A DNA stretch of 63,999 nt, filler included, from Dirinaria sp. TL-2023a (GCA_051941275.1; 21 parts of 21 records of this genome joined end to end with filler, not necessarily neighbours in it), one strand, 5' to 3'; shown: positions 51,432 through 63,999, counted from the first letter of the whole stretch. The notes: generated from the sequence alone by a model not told the origin. Made by a program: numbers and translations.

Positions 51432-52065
51432 CGTCCACAGAGTCCAACAAATAGCGATGAAAAAGAGTACAGGGCTTTTTGCAAGCGTCAGATCAGGTTC
51501 ATGATCATGGAAGAAGTGCGCGGCAAACACAACGGGATGAGTGAAGTAGTTCTAGCCGTGCAGAAATCACTTCAATTGTGCGCGATTACTCAAGCACAAT
51601 CACACTTCTTTAAAAATGCGAAAGCGGGCGGAAGCACTCGATCCCAAATTGGGGAAATCGGTTCTTAGGTCGATGATTCTGATGATCTAAGAGAGTAGAC
51701 TGTGCTTACACGATGATCTGAAGCCTACATATATTGCTGCGTCGGACAGCCGGGTTCTGAAGACGCCGTAATGACATGCTTGATATCAAGACAGCGCAAT
51801 GTGCCAGCTATGCCGCTTGAGCCTAGCATTTGCACATGACGCTATGAAATTTCCGCCTTAAGATGAGATCGTAAGACAGGCTCGGTGAACGGATCTCAAC
51901 GATCACTGCATTGAGTTGGTATTAATACAGTATGTAAAATATTTTAGCGCCTTTGTTTACGATCTTTAGAGATTTGGACTTCGACTAAGATGGCTTTCAT
52001 CGACACTAATACATATCGATAGCATGCAGAACTCCAATCCCCCCCTAAACGCCTAAGCACTGTCA

Positions 52066-52345
52066 CTACCTCTGCGCGTGTTCCTTCTCTACCTCATACA
52101 GGAAATCGAAGTAGCCTTTATCAAACACATGCACTCGCACATATCCATCTTCCCCCCCGCTCGCATAAGCCCTCCCTCGCGGATCGACAGCAATCGTATT
52201 CAAAGGACCGAAGTGGCCTCTCACTCTGCCAATTTCGTCTTCAAAAATCCTATGGTAGAAGCGCGCTTCGAATTTACCTTGCCGGGACGAGGTAGTGGTG
52301 ACATCCATGGCAGCCTGGCCACCGCCCAGGATGACAAAGTCTTTC
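52066..52345 (-). CDS. TIF34: Translation initiation factor eIF3 subunit i, C-terminal part
   Basis: [27 protein letters not shown]...[15 protein letters not shown]...[11 protein letters not shown]. Confidence 0.95.
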
Positions 52346-52445
52346 NNNNNNNNNNNNNNNNNNNNNNNNNNNNNNNNNNNNNNNNNNNNTTAATTAATTA
52401 ANNNNNNNNNNNNNNNNNNNNNNNNNNNNNNNNNNNNNNNNNNNN

Positions 52446-55216
52446 TCCGATCTTTGGACAACCAAGATAAGCATCAACCACAACAGCATCCGCGATTACA
52501 TTCGGTCAACGAGTAATCCTACAATAGACATAAGTCCCAATGATGCCCATAAGCACATTGCTCTTACCTGTTTGCGCACCCTCTCCAACAAACTGCCACT
52601 GGCGGATGGGATCCCACTCCCGAACCAGAAACGGTTGCAAGAGTATGCCGCATCGAACTATCTCTTTCATGTCGGGCAGCTTGAGCCTTCTAGAATGTCT
52701 CAGATAGACATTGAAACGGTTGCAGACCTGCTCGTAGATACTCTCCACAATAGAGAGTCATTAGCAAGAGTCATCGAAGCCAGGGACCAGAGTGATGTAT
52801 TCCTAGCAACATATTTCTCAAGCGAAATCCAATTGAACATACAGCAGTGGATTGCAAGGGCTTGGACACAAGAAGTGATTCCAGCAGAAATGAATCCGCC
52901 AGCGTTGTCCATGGATTCGTTATTGGCGCCGATGGCTAATACGATAGCAGAGCTCTGGCTGCAAGAGACTCCTTCAAAACTGGGCAGACTATATGTCAAT
53001 TTTTATATTGCGTTTCTCCACGCATATCAGTGTATGCGGGATGTAAGTCATCACTCTTTTGTTTCTGCTTTATCTAGACAACAAATTCAGCATATGCCGT
53101 TCGCTTCATGATAGGATACTGTGCAGGATCCTTCCAAATATGCTTTGGACCCGTTCGGCTTGAACTTGCGGCTAAACCCCAGCAATATGAGCATGTGCTG
53201 TAGAAGCCTTTGCTATACTGACCCTTCAGTGGCGGGACGCTTGATGTTTGCCATTCTCGAGCCTTCTATGCTAACCGGTCTCGTTAGACTCAAGCAATAA
53301 ACGTGAAAGGAGGTGAGAAAATACCCAAAATTATATCCGTATTCGACGTCGACAGGTTCCGTCATGAAGAAATATACCTTGTGGCACTACGCACAGAACT
53401 TCCGCGGAATTCGCAGTGGCATAGCGCCGTTGGTCTTACACTCAGCTGGAACAATTATGACTCTGAGGCTGCTGGTTTGCTCAGCAAAGCGATAGAGTTA
53501 GATCATAATAACTCGGCTGCTCACTATGGTTTGTGTAACTCCTTGTGCTGTTTGCGTGACTACGTCAAATCCATTGAGATGGGTATTGCATTTCTAGCTT
53601 TAGAGCCGATCGAGACGCCCATGACCAACAGCTGTTGGTATTGGATGGAGTTTGCCGCTCAACGACTCGACATCAATGACAGACCGATTCTGGAACTGGC
53701 ACGGAACAAGCTAGGGGCACACACAAAATCCGCGCGAGGCATATCATTCAGCCTCAAAGCATTATGGAGTCAAGATCGCTTCGCCGACATTTTGGCTTTT
53801 GTCGGTGAACTTCGAGAACAAGAGTACAGCCAGCCCAATCATAATCGTTTGTATCAACTATTGCCAGACTTACCGCATAATATCTTCCATTACATTGCAT
53901 TATCAGCAGCGAAGGCTCGTCAGAAACGACAGGTATTGGAAATTATTGATGAGTTGGTCCAATTTGCGGAAAGCGCAAATGATTTCCGCAGAAAGCGTAT
54001 TGCCAAGTACATCCAGGCGCTGATACAATTCAGCGCTGATCGAATGTCGCAAGAGGGATTGACATTATTTGAGGAACTTCGATCTGATCCAGAAAGCGGT
54101 GGTAGGAACATTTCCGGCTTCAGCTTTTTATCCTCGATTAACGAATATTTGGGCTCCCTCTACTTCGAAAAGGCCATGGAGGCAAGAAGGAGTGGCGCAA
54201 ACTCATGGCTTTGGGTTGAGAAATTGGAGGAGACACAAATCAATCCTAGTCCTTCTCTCGCTCGCCAACGCGGTCGAACCACGGAAGCGCCGACCAAAAG
54301 CTCAGTGGATCTGAAATTGGCGCTCTGGTATCGTTTAGAAGGGGAGAACGAGCTTTGTAAGAGGTTGTTGAAACCAATCTTCCAGCAAGCGATCCATATT
54401 CTACGGGATGATAACGTTCACAACGATGCGACAGGATATCGTATTCTCGCGGCTGTTCTTTTTCGAGCAGGCAATACTGAGCAAGCTATAGCTGCATTTA
54501 TACCATTGCTTTTGCCATTCTCTAGGCAACAGTCGCGTAACAGAAATCTAGGAGATGAAGCAGTACCATATTTCACCAGTTCAAACCACGGCAGCTTGGG
54601 ACCAGACCGAATGAAGCAGGCTGCTACAGGAGTAAAAAGCTTGGAAGAGGATCTAAGGCCTCTACACATTGACCAGCGGGAAATCCCGCACGGAGAATCA
54701 AATCAGCACAGTACGAAAGAAGCTTCGGAAGACGACCTGTCGCGCAGTGCCACTGAAAAGACTTTCAGTGACGGACTGCCACCTGTATTGCAAATTGATA
54801 CGGATTACTCGACAGTGGTATGCGCTGCAGGATGCACACGTCGGATCATTCATGAACTATGGGTCTGCGAATACTGTGAACATGATTGGCCACAACTAAT
54901 GTGTGGGGAATGCCTACAAGGTCTCAAAACTGGCCGATTCACTATCTATGGTCGGCTATGCGAACGGTATCATCCCTATCATAGAGTCTATCCGATCGAC
55001 GAACAGTTGAAAGATAGAGCAACGAAGAATGTCCAAGGGAGAACCTTACCTCGAGAAGAGTGGTTGAGGGAATTGGAGGACAATTGGATGTTCCCGTCTT
55101 CAAGTGGTCGTGAATACAGCAATCTGAACGACTCCACCCAAGAAGCCAGCGCTGTGGTAAGTTCTAAAGATGAAGGCGAAGACGAACGCGAAGATGAGAA
55201 GAACGGTAACAAGTGA
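52446..55216 (+). CDS. C-terminal part of an NLR-like protein: TPR-like helical repeats plus ZZ-like zinc finger
   Basis: LQEYAASNYLFH post-NACHT-like helix; TPR-like LSKAIELDHNNSAAHYGL; CAAGC...VCEYCE...MCGECL...CERYHPY; intron from about 53043. Confidence 0.62.
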
Positions 55217-55494
55217 GGAGAACAATGACGAAGACGAAACAGGACGATAGAGACGATGACAACTTAATGCTGCACAGTCGCCGACTAGGACACTACGCAT
55301 GCACGATCTTTTCGACGCGCGAAGTTGCAATGAAACACGATTCTGACCCCTCATCATCCCTAGCGGACGGTGCGGAGGCAGTATGATCGGAAATNNNNNN
55401 NNNNNNNNNNNNNNNNNNNNNNNNNNNNNNNNNNNNNNTTAATTAATTAANNNNNNNNNNNNNNNNNNNNNNNNNNNNNNNNNNNNNNNNNNNN

Positions 55495-56591
55495 GAGTCG
55501 AGATGGAATGGATGGTGGGAATGTGATACTCCATGGTTGAGAAAATAGACGAAATGTGGAAATCACTGCGAACAGAAACTCACCCAAGTGATCAAAAGCG
55601 CGAGGAAGAACAAAAAGCTCGTCCGTGCGTACAGCCAGGCCTCGGCGTTCATCTCGTTCAAGGCGGCAGTCCGCGTCAAACTTCGAATCCTGCTAAGATT
55701 GCCAGGCATCGATGGTCTTCGTTCAGACTCGTGCTCACGCTCTCCAGCTTCCACCTCGACAGTGTAGGGGCCATAGTAATCATCCAAGCCTGGCGCTGGG
55801 ACGCCTCGGATGGCGTCTGGGGCATGCACAGAGTAAGGCGACGAGGTCCGTCGTGGTCGTGATTCTACCTTGATCTCTGTGCATGTAGTGACCATATTCC
55901 TGAACGGGTCTTCGTTCAGGGGGTTGAGGAAACCGGGTAACTCCTGGCGCTTCCGCCACACGGTCCTCCCAGCCATGCAGTAGACTGTAAACGCTAATAT
56001 GATGGCGATCCAAACTATGGCGTACAGTGTGGCCATTCGAAGGGGGTCCCATTCAACGGTGATCCAGCACCAGATCTATTGCATGTCAGCGATTTTTGTG
56101 TTCATATAAGGAGCAACGTGTAGACCCACGACGGCAGGGCCATAGATCTTGCCTCGCGCATGCGTCTCGATGAAGAGGTAAATGAAAGCCGGGAGAAAAG
56201 AAGCACCGTAGCATCCTAGTAAATACTTCCAATCCAGAACCCGCAATTGCTCAACGGTATAATTGTGAAAGAAAATCAGGTAAACATTGAAAGCCATGCT
56301 GCAGGACCAGAGCGCATCGACGCCCAGGAACATTTGTACGACGAACGCTTGAAAATGGCAGAGCGCAGAGGTTGGACCAGCCTTGATTCCATCTTCTGAT
56401 ATCAAGCTCGCTATGTTGACGCAGAGATTGGCTATCGAAGCGTAGAATATTTGACGGTTTATCGCTTTATTGAAGTAAGGTGACAGGGTGAAAGTTGCAA
56501 AGATGAAGAAAATTCCAACCAAGGAGAAGCAGGAGGTGACTCGCTCCGTAATAGACAATGCATTCAACTGTCCATTTGACAGGTTCGACAT
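55495..56591 (-). CDS. cAMP-receptor-like 7-TM G-protein-coupled receptor (3'-truncated)
   Basis: ERVTSCFSLVG...FNKAINRQIFYAS...CHFQAFVVQMF...MAFNVYL...IYGPAV|IWCWI; YARTSFLFFLALLITW. Confidence 0.88.
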
Positions 56592-58069
56592 GGTGGGTGC
56601 TGCTTGTCTGAGAGATGTATGGAGAGGGTGTCAAGTTGTGTGACATGTATTCGTATCTTTCTCCCTCCTCACCCTGATAAGACCCCGCAATGAAGGCAAC
56701 CAAAAGCCTTCAAGTGCGAACGCACAATTGCATCAACATGGTCACTGCAGAGCGTTTGGCATGTCCGAGCTGCGATTCGAGATTGTTTGGTTGCCTGCTT
56801 TGATCGCCTCCTGGGCGTGATTGGAGTATTGACGGTTGCACAGAGCGCCTGAATGCCATGTTTCGCAGGGAGGATCCCCATGATATCAACGTTCCACTCT
56901 CCTGGGAGTCCTGGGCCGCTGGTCTAGCTCAAAGTCATCCCTCCTGGCCGCATAATGAACCCACAGATTCCCACGATGACAAAGGCGTAAGCCCAGCTGC
57001 GGCACACACGCTTGAGCCATGACCTACAGCCAGTCACGGAGCTTCGGCGATGTCGGCAGACCACCACGTTGTCCATGTTGCGGCGGTTCCTGGCGCTATT
57101 GACGCATCCTCCTTGGTGCTCTAGCTGAAACAGTCTGGTTTGGCCCGACCACTGGAGGGACTTTCCCTAATCCAGAATGCTACTACGAAAAAAAGGAAGT
57201 CTAGATTCGTCTCATTGGACGAGCAGCTTGAAAGCGATTCCAGGCGCACGACTCCGATTCGCGAAATTGTGAAGCCGATGACTTAAGAACCCTCAAATTC
57301 GGTTTTCCACAACCCGCAGTGGAGCCTCAGTCCATATATTTCGTAAAAAGATCATTTCGTCGAGCGCTTTCCAAGTGGAACAAGGGGGGCCTTGCAATGA
57401 CATACTGTACTGCTGAGGGGGGTGTGGGTTGCACTACAGTACACCGGTGTTGAAACCGTGCCATATCGCAACCTGCATATTGATTGCAGTGCAGTGCAGT
57501 GCATTGCGTCGGTCCTCGTGGTCATCGATGAAAGATCCCTGAAGACACAGATAGATCTGCAATAATGAATGCAACCTCAACGAAGTCAGAACATCCAAGT
57601 CCAATAGTCCATGGAGATTTATGCAGGGCAAGCCAAGTTGGACCGAACAGTGAAGCATGTGGCACGAGTCCTCCCCAAACTCTACCCAGAATGCCAGAAG
57701 GCTAGTTTCGAGGCTTGAGTGCGGCACAGACTCGCAACAGTAGTAGTACGTGGTGAAGCAAAACTCGCAAGTAAGAAGGCAGGCCGAGCTTCTCCTCTGG
57801 ATCAAGCTAGATCAGACACCCACCACTAAGCAAGCTCGGAGGCCAAGGTACAGCAAGGTACTAAGGTAAGGTAATAATGTAGGTAAGGTTGGCAAGGTAC
57901 GAGACCGGAACAGCAGTGAAGGAACACGAATACATGATGCGGTAAAGTGTGTGCCAGCCATCACGGCGGCCCCTCCGGACGCAACCTAATCAAACCTTCG
58001 CCAATCGATCATCACTTCCCTTTCTAGGCTGGCTGCCTCCCTAACTCGGTCATCTAAAACGAAATCCAA

Positions 58070-58262
58070 ATGTCTTCCGCCAGCATCCTCCAGCAGCGGG
58101 TGCGGGCCAACAAACAGAGCAGCGATGACGAGGACATATTGGAGTCTGATCCTCAGTCCGGGTCATTCTCGGAAGACGAGAGCTCCTCCAACGGTGCTCA
58201 TAATAATGCAATACAAGCAGCTCCAACACATGTGACAGCCAAGTCATCCAACAACTCATCAC

Positions 58263-58308
<46 letters not shown>

Positions 58309-58427
58309 CTCAGCCTCAGTCTCAGAACCAGATTCAGACAATAATAATAATGAACCATCCACGCTCTCCTTCGGCGCGCTGGCCCGTGCCCAAGAAAGCC
58401 TCGGAAAGCGCAAACGCCCCTCCTCCC
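58070..58427 (+). CDS. RRP36: rRNA biogenesis protein Rrp36, N-terminal part
   Basis: Acidic/Ser-rich N-terminus followed by STLSFGALARAQESLGKRKR; includes a (TCA)n poly-Ser tract at about 58265-58304. Confidence 0.75.
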
Positions 58428-59129
58428 NNNNNNNNNNNNNNNNNNNNNNNNNNNNNNNNNNNNNNNNNNNNTTAATTAATTAANNNNNNNNNNNNNNNNN
58501 NNNNNNNNNNNNNNNNNNNNNNNNNNNGAGAGCTTACTAAGCTCGGGGCGACTACTTAACCGTTTCCACTAAGGCGAACCTCCTATCGCACCCTGAGCGC
58601 TGAGCTTCGGGACGAAGCTCAGAGAGGGACCCGGATAGTGTTACGACCCTGGAAACAAAACCAAGTAGTAAGATAGGCACCAAGTCCTTTGACTTGGTTT
58701 AGTTAGTCTTTTGGCGCTGCCGGGACTTTTACCATTGGGAAACCTATCTAACCAAGGTTGGGTCTTTGACACAGAGAGGCCGTTTTGATGGGATATTAAT
58801 TTCTTTTGCTTATCTGATGGAGTAAAACGTACGATTTTCTCTCCTTGAGGATTTCGGCAAGACAACGTACGAACCATAAGTCAACGCTTTGACGTGGTTG
58901 GCTGTCTGCCTGGAAACTCCTCTTCAATTGAGCATTGACTAGCAACCTTCGAACTTTAATTCTCTTTATCGATTCAGAATCCTCTAAATCGACCATATAC
59001 CTCATAGACTTGTTTTTGGTTCAAGTCGAACGACCTTGAAATCGCACAGATATACCTTCAGATTCCTCCCTTACCTCTTCGTTCCGTTCATCGGTCTCGC
59101 TCCATTTGAAATCTCATATTTTCGCAGAC

Positions 59130-60728
59130 CAACTGCCTCACGGAGATTCTCTTCGAGCAGGCCATCGAACGAGCAACGTCCCTCGACGAGCATCTAGAGC
59201 GAACCGGAAATGTCGTTGGGCCATTCCACGGGCTCCCGATCTCTCTCAAGGACTGCTTCGTGACTCCTCCTCATCCGTCATCAATCGGTATGGCACGCTA
59301 CGCCAACGAGCCAACGACACCAGAGCAAGAGAGTCTGCTACCACAGATTCTGAGAGAGCTGGGCGCAGTCTTCTACTGCAAGACCAACACGCCGGTTGCT
59401 ATGGTAAGTTGAAATGTAGCTGTGGCTCTTTCCGGACGTCGGCCATATTTACGCTATGCACAGATGATGATGGAGACCAATAACAACGTCTGGGGCGAAA
59501 CGAGAAGCCCAATCCACACAGGTACATCGGCTGGTGGTTCTTCGGGCGGAGAAGCCGCTCTTTTGGCTATGAAAGGCTCGCCTCTAGGTGTCGGGAGTGA
59601 TATTGCAGGTTCAATCCGCATCCCCTCCGCATGGACCCATTTGTATGGCCTAAGACCCTCTGCGGGCAGATTTCCGACCTGGAATATACGTACGGGAATC
59701 CCAGGCCAGGAATATGTCCTGGCAACAAATGGACCAATGTCAAGACATTGGGAAAGCTTACAGCTTTATTGCTCTGCTATGTTATCAGAGGGAAGTAAAG
59801 TATGGCATTTGGATCCCAAGTGCCTACCGATGCCATGGCGTAAGAATGTCATACAGCCACCCAACCGGAAATTAAGACTGGGAATTATGGGCAACCATGA
59901 TTTTTCTGTGACCTGCCATCCACCGGTAGAGCGAGCTCTCGAGGAGACGAAGAGAGCGCTGATGGATGCAGGTCATGAAGTTTTTGAGTGGTGAGTACAT
60001 CAGGAGAATTTTCCAGTATTGGGAAGTCTAGACATATGGCTGTGTTAGGGTTCCAAACGATCATCCAAAGCTTGCGGAAGCACTTATGACGGCGTTTCAA
60101 ACATTTGGTGGCTCAGTGGTCGCGGACGCACTAAGTATTACCGGTGAACCTTTCTTCAATTCTATGAAAGGCTATGAAAAAGCTTCGAAGGAGGGAGAGA
60201 GTATACTAGGGCCCTCCGCGTTCAGAGAAATGAACTTAAGGCGAAACAAGCTGCAAAAAGATTACCTTGATCGATGGCAAGCCACAGGAACCCAGGGAAA
60301 GAAGCCCATGGATGGGCTAGTAATGCCGGTGACGCCTTGGGCGGCTGCTAGGTTGAGGGTAACGGAGGAATTGTCATATGTCGGATATACTGGCGTCTTC
60401 AATATTCTGGGTAAGTCGGTACTGAATACCTAATGTCGTCTGGCGCAAAGGCCGACGAGCTAGCAGATAAGAGGTTTCCCTTTGCTTACGGTAGTCAGAT
60501 CTTCCTAGCTGCACCTTCCCGGCCACCTTCGCGGACAGGAACCTCGACCGAGCGCGCGAGGACTCGCAGTGGAATGCCTTGAACCCCTTTGATGCCAAGA
60601 TCCAAGCCGACTATGACCCAGTATTCTACCATGGGGCGCCGGTCTCGCTTCAGCTTGTTGGCCAACGTTTAGAAGAAGAGAAAGTCCTGGAAATGGTCAG
60701 TGTCGTCTCCTCGATACTCAGAAGGTAG
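59130..60728 (+). CDS. Amidase-signature family (acetamidase-like) enzyme; 5' exon(s) not found
   Basis: TNCLTE...HGLPISLKD; KTNTP; GGSSGGEAALL...GSDIAGSIRIP (Ser-Ser-Lys triad); GAPVSLQLVGQRLEEEKVL. Confidence 0.88.
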
Positions 60729-61003
60729 GCTTCAGGAGTTCTTGAGCTCCCTGAAACCTGTTGCAGTCGCGATGACGCTGTTCGCTTGCCTCTAATCAGC
60801 GTGCATCGACTGCAAGCCGGGCGAGCAGACTCTGAATGCTGCAATTGCAGATTAGTGCAGAGCTTGTAAGGTCCCTTGTCCTCTAACAAAGGCATCGTAA
60901 AATGTATCGTGTTCCTCGCCGTGAATAAGTAGTTCGACTCGATCACCGCACCGTTGAACCCAAAGCTCACAATTCACCTAATACTCTCCATGCCATCAGT
61001 AAT

Positions 61004-61460
61004 TCAGCCACCCTGTAACCACTCAACAGCTTCTTCCGCCGTCCCTCTGACGGCCAATATCCCCCTCGCCTCCTCCCTGACAAACTTCTTCTCAATAGCC
61101 AAATCGATCCAAGTGAGCACCGGGTCCCAAAACCCCTCCACATTCAACAAACATATCCTACCCATATGAACCCCATACTGCCGTAAAGTAACCATCTCCA
61201 TCACTTCATCCATGGTCCCAAACCCACCACTAAGCGCAATGAACCCAGATCCGGCCCCACCCTCACTCACCTCCTGACACATGCGTTTCTTGCGAGCTTG
61301 CAGATCCGGCACTACCGTAATGCGGCCGTAGACCTCCTCTTCTGAAAGCAGCGCCCCCACCGCAGTAGATCCCTTATCCCGTCTCTGACCAGGCCTTCTT
61401 CTAAACCAATTTTTTCTCCTCTTCTCCTCCCCGACTGCAGCCCTCTCAAACCGCAAAACA
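61004..61460 (-). CDS. LOG / lysine-decarboxylase-like nucleotide phosphoribohydrolase (5'-truncated)
   Basis: RKKRM...GFIALSGGFGTMDEVMEM...GVH...ICLLNVEGFWDP matches the LOG xGGxGTxE motif region. Confidence 0.85.
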
Positions 61461-61560
61461 NNNNNNNNNNNNNNNNNNNNNNNNNNNNNNNNNNNNNNNN
61501 NNNNTTAATTAATTAANNNNNNNNNNNNNNNNNNNNNNNNNNNNNNNNNNNNNNNNNNNN

Positions 61561-62107
61561 CCCGCAGTAGGCTCCTTGGGGTGAGGAGCGACCGGAGTAG
61601 GCACTTTGGGGTGGTGGAAGCCTGCAGTAGGACCCTCGGGGTAAGGAATGACCGTAAAAGGCACTTTTGGATGGTGAACTCCCGCAGTAGGCCCCTCAGG
61701 GTGTGGAACGACCGGAGTGGGCACTTTAGGGGGGGGAACAAGTGAAGTAGGCGCCTCAGGGTGTGAAACGACCGGAGTGGATGCTACATCGTGGGCAATT
61801 GCTGCAGAGGGAACAACTGGAGGTTCTTCACCAACTGTCAAGAGGCGTTAGGACGAAAGCTTGGCCCACAGCAGAGAATCCTTTCAAGGAGTATTGGGGC
61901 ATGGATAAGCTTACCTGGAGGACAGTCGATACCAGGAGAACAATGGATGGGCGGCGTTGGAGCAGCGAAAACAGCTGCATCGATATGTCAGTGGCGATGC
62001 TACGGATGTGGTATAACATAGCCATGTCAGAGAAGAGGAGAATGATCGAGCTGCTTACCTGAGTTTGCTGATAGCACGAGTGCCACCGCAACACCGAAAA
62101 CGTGCAT
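61561..62107 (-). CDS. Secreted Pro/His/Val-rich tandem-repeat protein (3'-truncated, two introns)
   Basis: Spliced start MHVFGVAVALVLSANS|AVFAAPTPPIHCSPGIDCPP|VGEEPPVV; then 20-aa repeats HPKVPTPVVPHPEGPTAGVH (60-nt period). Confidence 0.7.
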
Positions 62108-63499
62108 CGTGATTGTTGGAACTCTGACGATGTCCGTTTCTATCTACAGAAATTGGAAATGGGTTGTAACGCTGTACAAACATTGGCATCAGTACAGAGT
62201 ACACAAGTAGGACGCACAGATTGAGGAGCTACATACAATGGAAGTGATCGAAGATTGATCTCAGTGGTTGGTATGGAGCCGGTGCGATAGGTGGAAGGAG
62301 AGAAGGAGGAAAAGGAGGAGGAAAAGGAGGAGGAAAAGGAGGGGGAGAAGGAGATATAAGTATCCGGCACCCGAGACCAAAGCAGTGTTCACGAGTGAAG
62401 GTGGCGATTCAATTCTCTCAACATCTCCACCACCCGGGCAAAGTAAGGTCAATTAAAGGACCTCCACCGAAAGAAATGAGTCATGGGCACATGCATCGCT
62501 CCGATTTTCCTTCATCGCATGATCAACCGATTTCCCATCGTTGCACCACCTCAACCATCCCTTGAATCTCCAACTCAACGCGGATATCCAGATCCTAGGA
62601 GATCAACCGAGAGATCTTGATGTCAGTTTTTGCATGGATCTTGGTTCCCCGGAAAATCTCTAGAACACTTCTTGCCATTTCCTCCCATGCTCAGAGTACT
62701 ATCGTCTGCTAGAAGATCGATCCCTGGGGATCTTGGCTTCCCAGACTGCAACCCAGAGGCTCCGGCGTCATTGACCACATTAGAAGAGCCTGTGGAGCCA
62801 TATGTCCGTCGTTGCACTCGCTCTCAACGACAGAATGTCAACGACAGAATGTCAACGACAGAGTGTCTTAAGAAGTGATCCACAAAACTGCAGCCCACCA
62901 ACAACGGTGTTACAAAGATCTGATCAGAGGGTAAGGTAGCTCCGAGCATTGCCCGTACTTTGCAGTTCTCAGCAGCGCTCTCTACGGACTCGGACCTGAT
63001 TTGAACACCGCTCCGTGCCTATGGTGGAGCCCTGATGGATGACGAGATAAGGTACTTTAGATACTGGACCATAAATGTTAGATCGGCCCGATAGCTCGCG
63101 GCTCGGCGATTGGAGGAGGCAAAAATCAACGCGGAAAATTTGGCTGAGCTCATTCTGGTCTAGCGCCTCAGGGTGTAGAATTTGGACTTGAGCGAAGATC
63201 TTTACACATCCTGAGATGCTACAGCAAGCGTAACATTCATACTCTCCGTCCTGATCTGATCTCCAGCCAAGACATATTCATCTTGATATTTCCATTTTGC
63301 TGATCTCGCCAACGCAGCGTTGGGTGGATCTACAGCAGGTTGCGAACTTATCATACACTGCTTGGCACTTACGTTTTATGGTATCACCAGCTCGTTTGAA
63401 GGAAGAAAGCACACCCGCTGCTTCCAAAGGTAGCTCTCAATTTATCCCTCGCGATTCCCAAAGGTATCCACTAGGCTTATCCAGTTCGGTATTCGGAGG

Positions 63500-63999
63500 A
63501 TGAGCGTCCCGAGGATGACCCAGTTGTACAACGGCGCCTTCGTCAACATCATCCTCAAAGCAGATCAAACTACTGGCAAACTCACTCAAGGTCGCATTGC
63601 CAATTTTTTGACCCGAGGTGATCATCCGCGGGGCATCAAAGTCCGACTCACGGATGGACGAATAGGCCGAGTGCAATCTCTTGCTCCGTTGTCTGGTAGT
63701 ACAACAGGCACATCGGCCGGATTTTCGGAAGAGGCTTCAACTACGTCAAGTCAAAACAGTTATCAGCCGAGTCCGCGAGAAGGAGGTCGTTGGGGAATGG
63801 CTCAAGATATGCGCTACGATGGCTACGATCCTGATTCGAGAACTGAGTCGCCTAGTCTAGCAGATTACATCAAGCCGCAAAAGCAAAAACGTTCCAAAAA
63901 GCCGCCTGCGGCTGTAGGGGACAGCGACAGAGCTGAAGATCGGTCTCAGCAAGAAGTATTAGAGGCGGAGTTCCCAAAGGTTGACAATGCTCTGATCGC
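63500..63999 (+). CDS. YwbE/DUF2196-family protein with possible C-terminal CUE-like segment (runs off window)
   Basis: Not in the ORF track because no stop lies in the window: MSVPRMTQLYNGAFVNIILKADQTTGKLTQGRIANFLTRGDHPRGIKVRLTDGRIGRVQ...EAEFPKVDNALI. Confidence 0.85.
   Translation, partial: MSVPRMTQLYNGAFVNIILKADQTTGKLTQGRIANFLTRGDHPRGIKVRLTDGRIGRVQSLAPLSGSTTGTSAGFSEEASTTSSQNSYQPSPREGGRWGMAQDMRYDGYDPDSRTESPSLADYIKPQKQKRSKKPPAAVGDSDRAEDRSQQEVLEAEFPKVDNALI

Noticed and set aside
58198..58413. Poly-Asp and poly-Met ORFs on the minus strand
   Set aside because: Reverse readings of the (TCA)n microsatellite inside RRP36.

Overview
This window is not one locus. It is 21 unlinked contigs of about 2.9-3.0 kb, sorted by decreasing length and joined by artificial 100-nt spacers (N44-TTAATTAATTAA-N44), so adjacency across spacers means nothing. 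The DNA is from a filamentous ascomycete (Pezizomycotina: HEX1 Woronin-body gene, short GT-AG introns with CTRAC branch sites); a lichen-type Lecanoromycete is plausible but only inferred. Recognisable genes: SEC65/SRP19, RAD1/XPF, VPS33, HEM13, ATG8, HEX1, TIF34, RRP36, a PMU1-like phosphomutase, RTA1, PLAC8, an amidase, LOG, a cAMP-receptor-like GPCR, a YwbE/DUF2196 protein, NLR-type fragments, several secreted proteins, and Ty3/gypsy and Ty1/copia remnants. Highlights: (1) a RIP-like hypermutation that targets CpC (CC->TC / GG->GA) rather than CpA, seen in a gypsy element, a tandem repeat and a thaumatin-like gene; (2) a secreted Kex2-processed polyprotein predicted to release two families of disulfide-rich peptides; (3) a very divergent Spo11/TopoVI-A-like gene that keeps its catalytic residues; (4) a HEX1 N-terminal extension in an AUG-free region, suggesting non-AUG initiation. 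All calls are by-eye motif recognition; no database searches were run.
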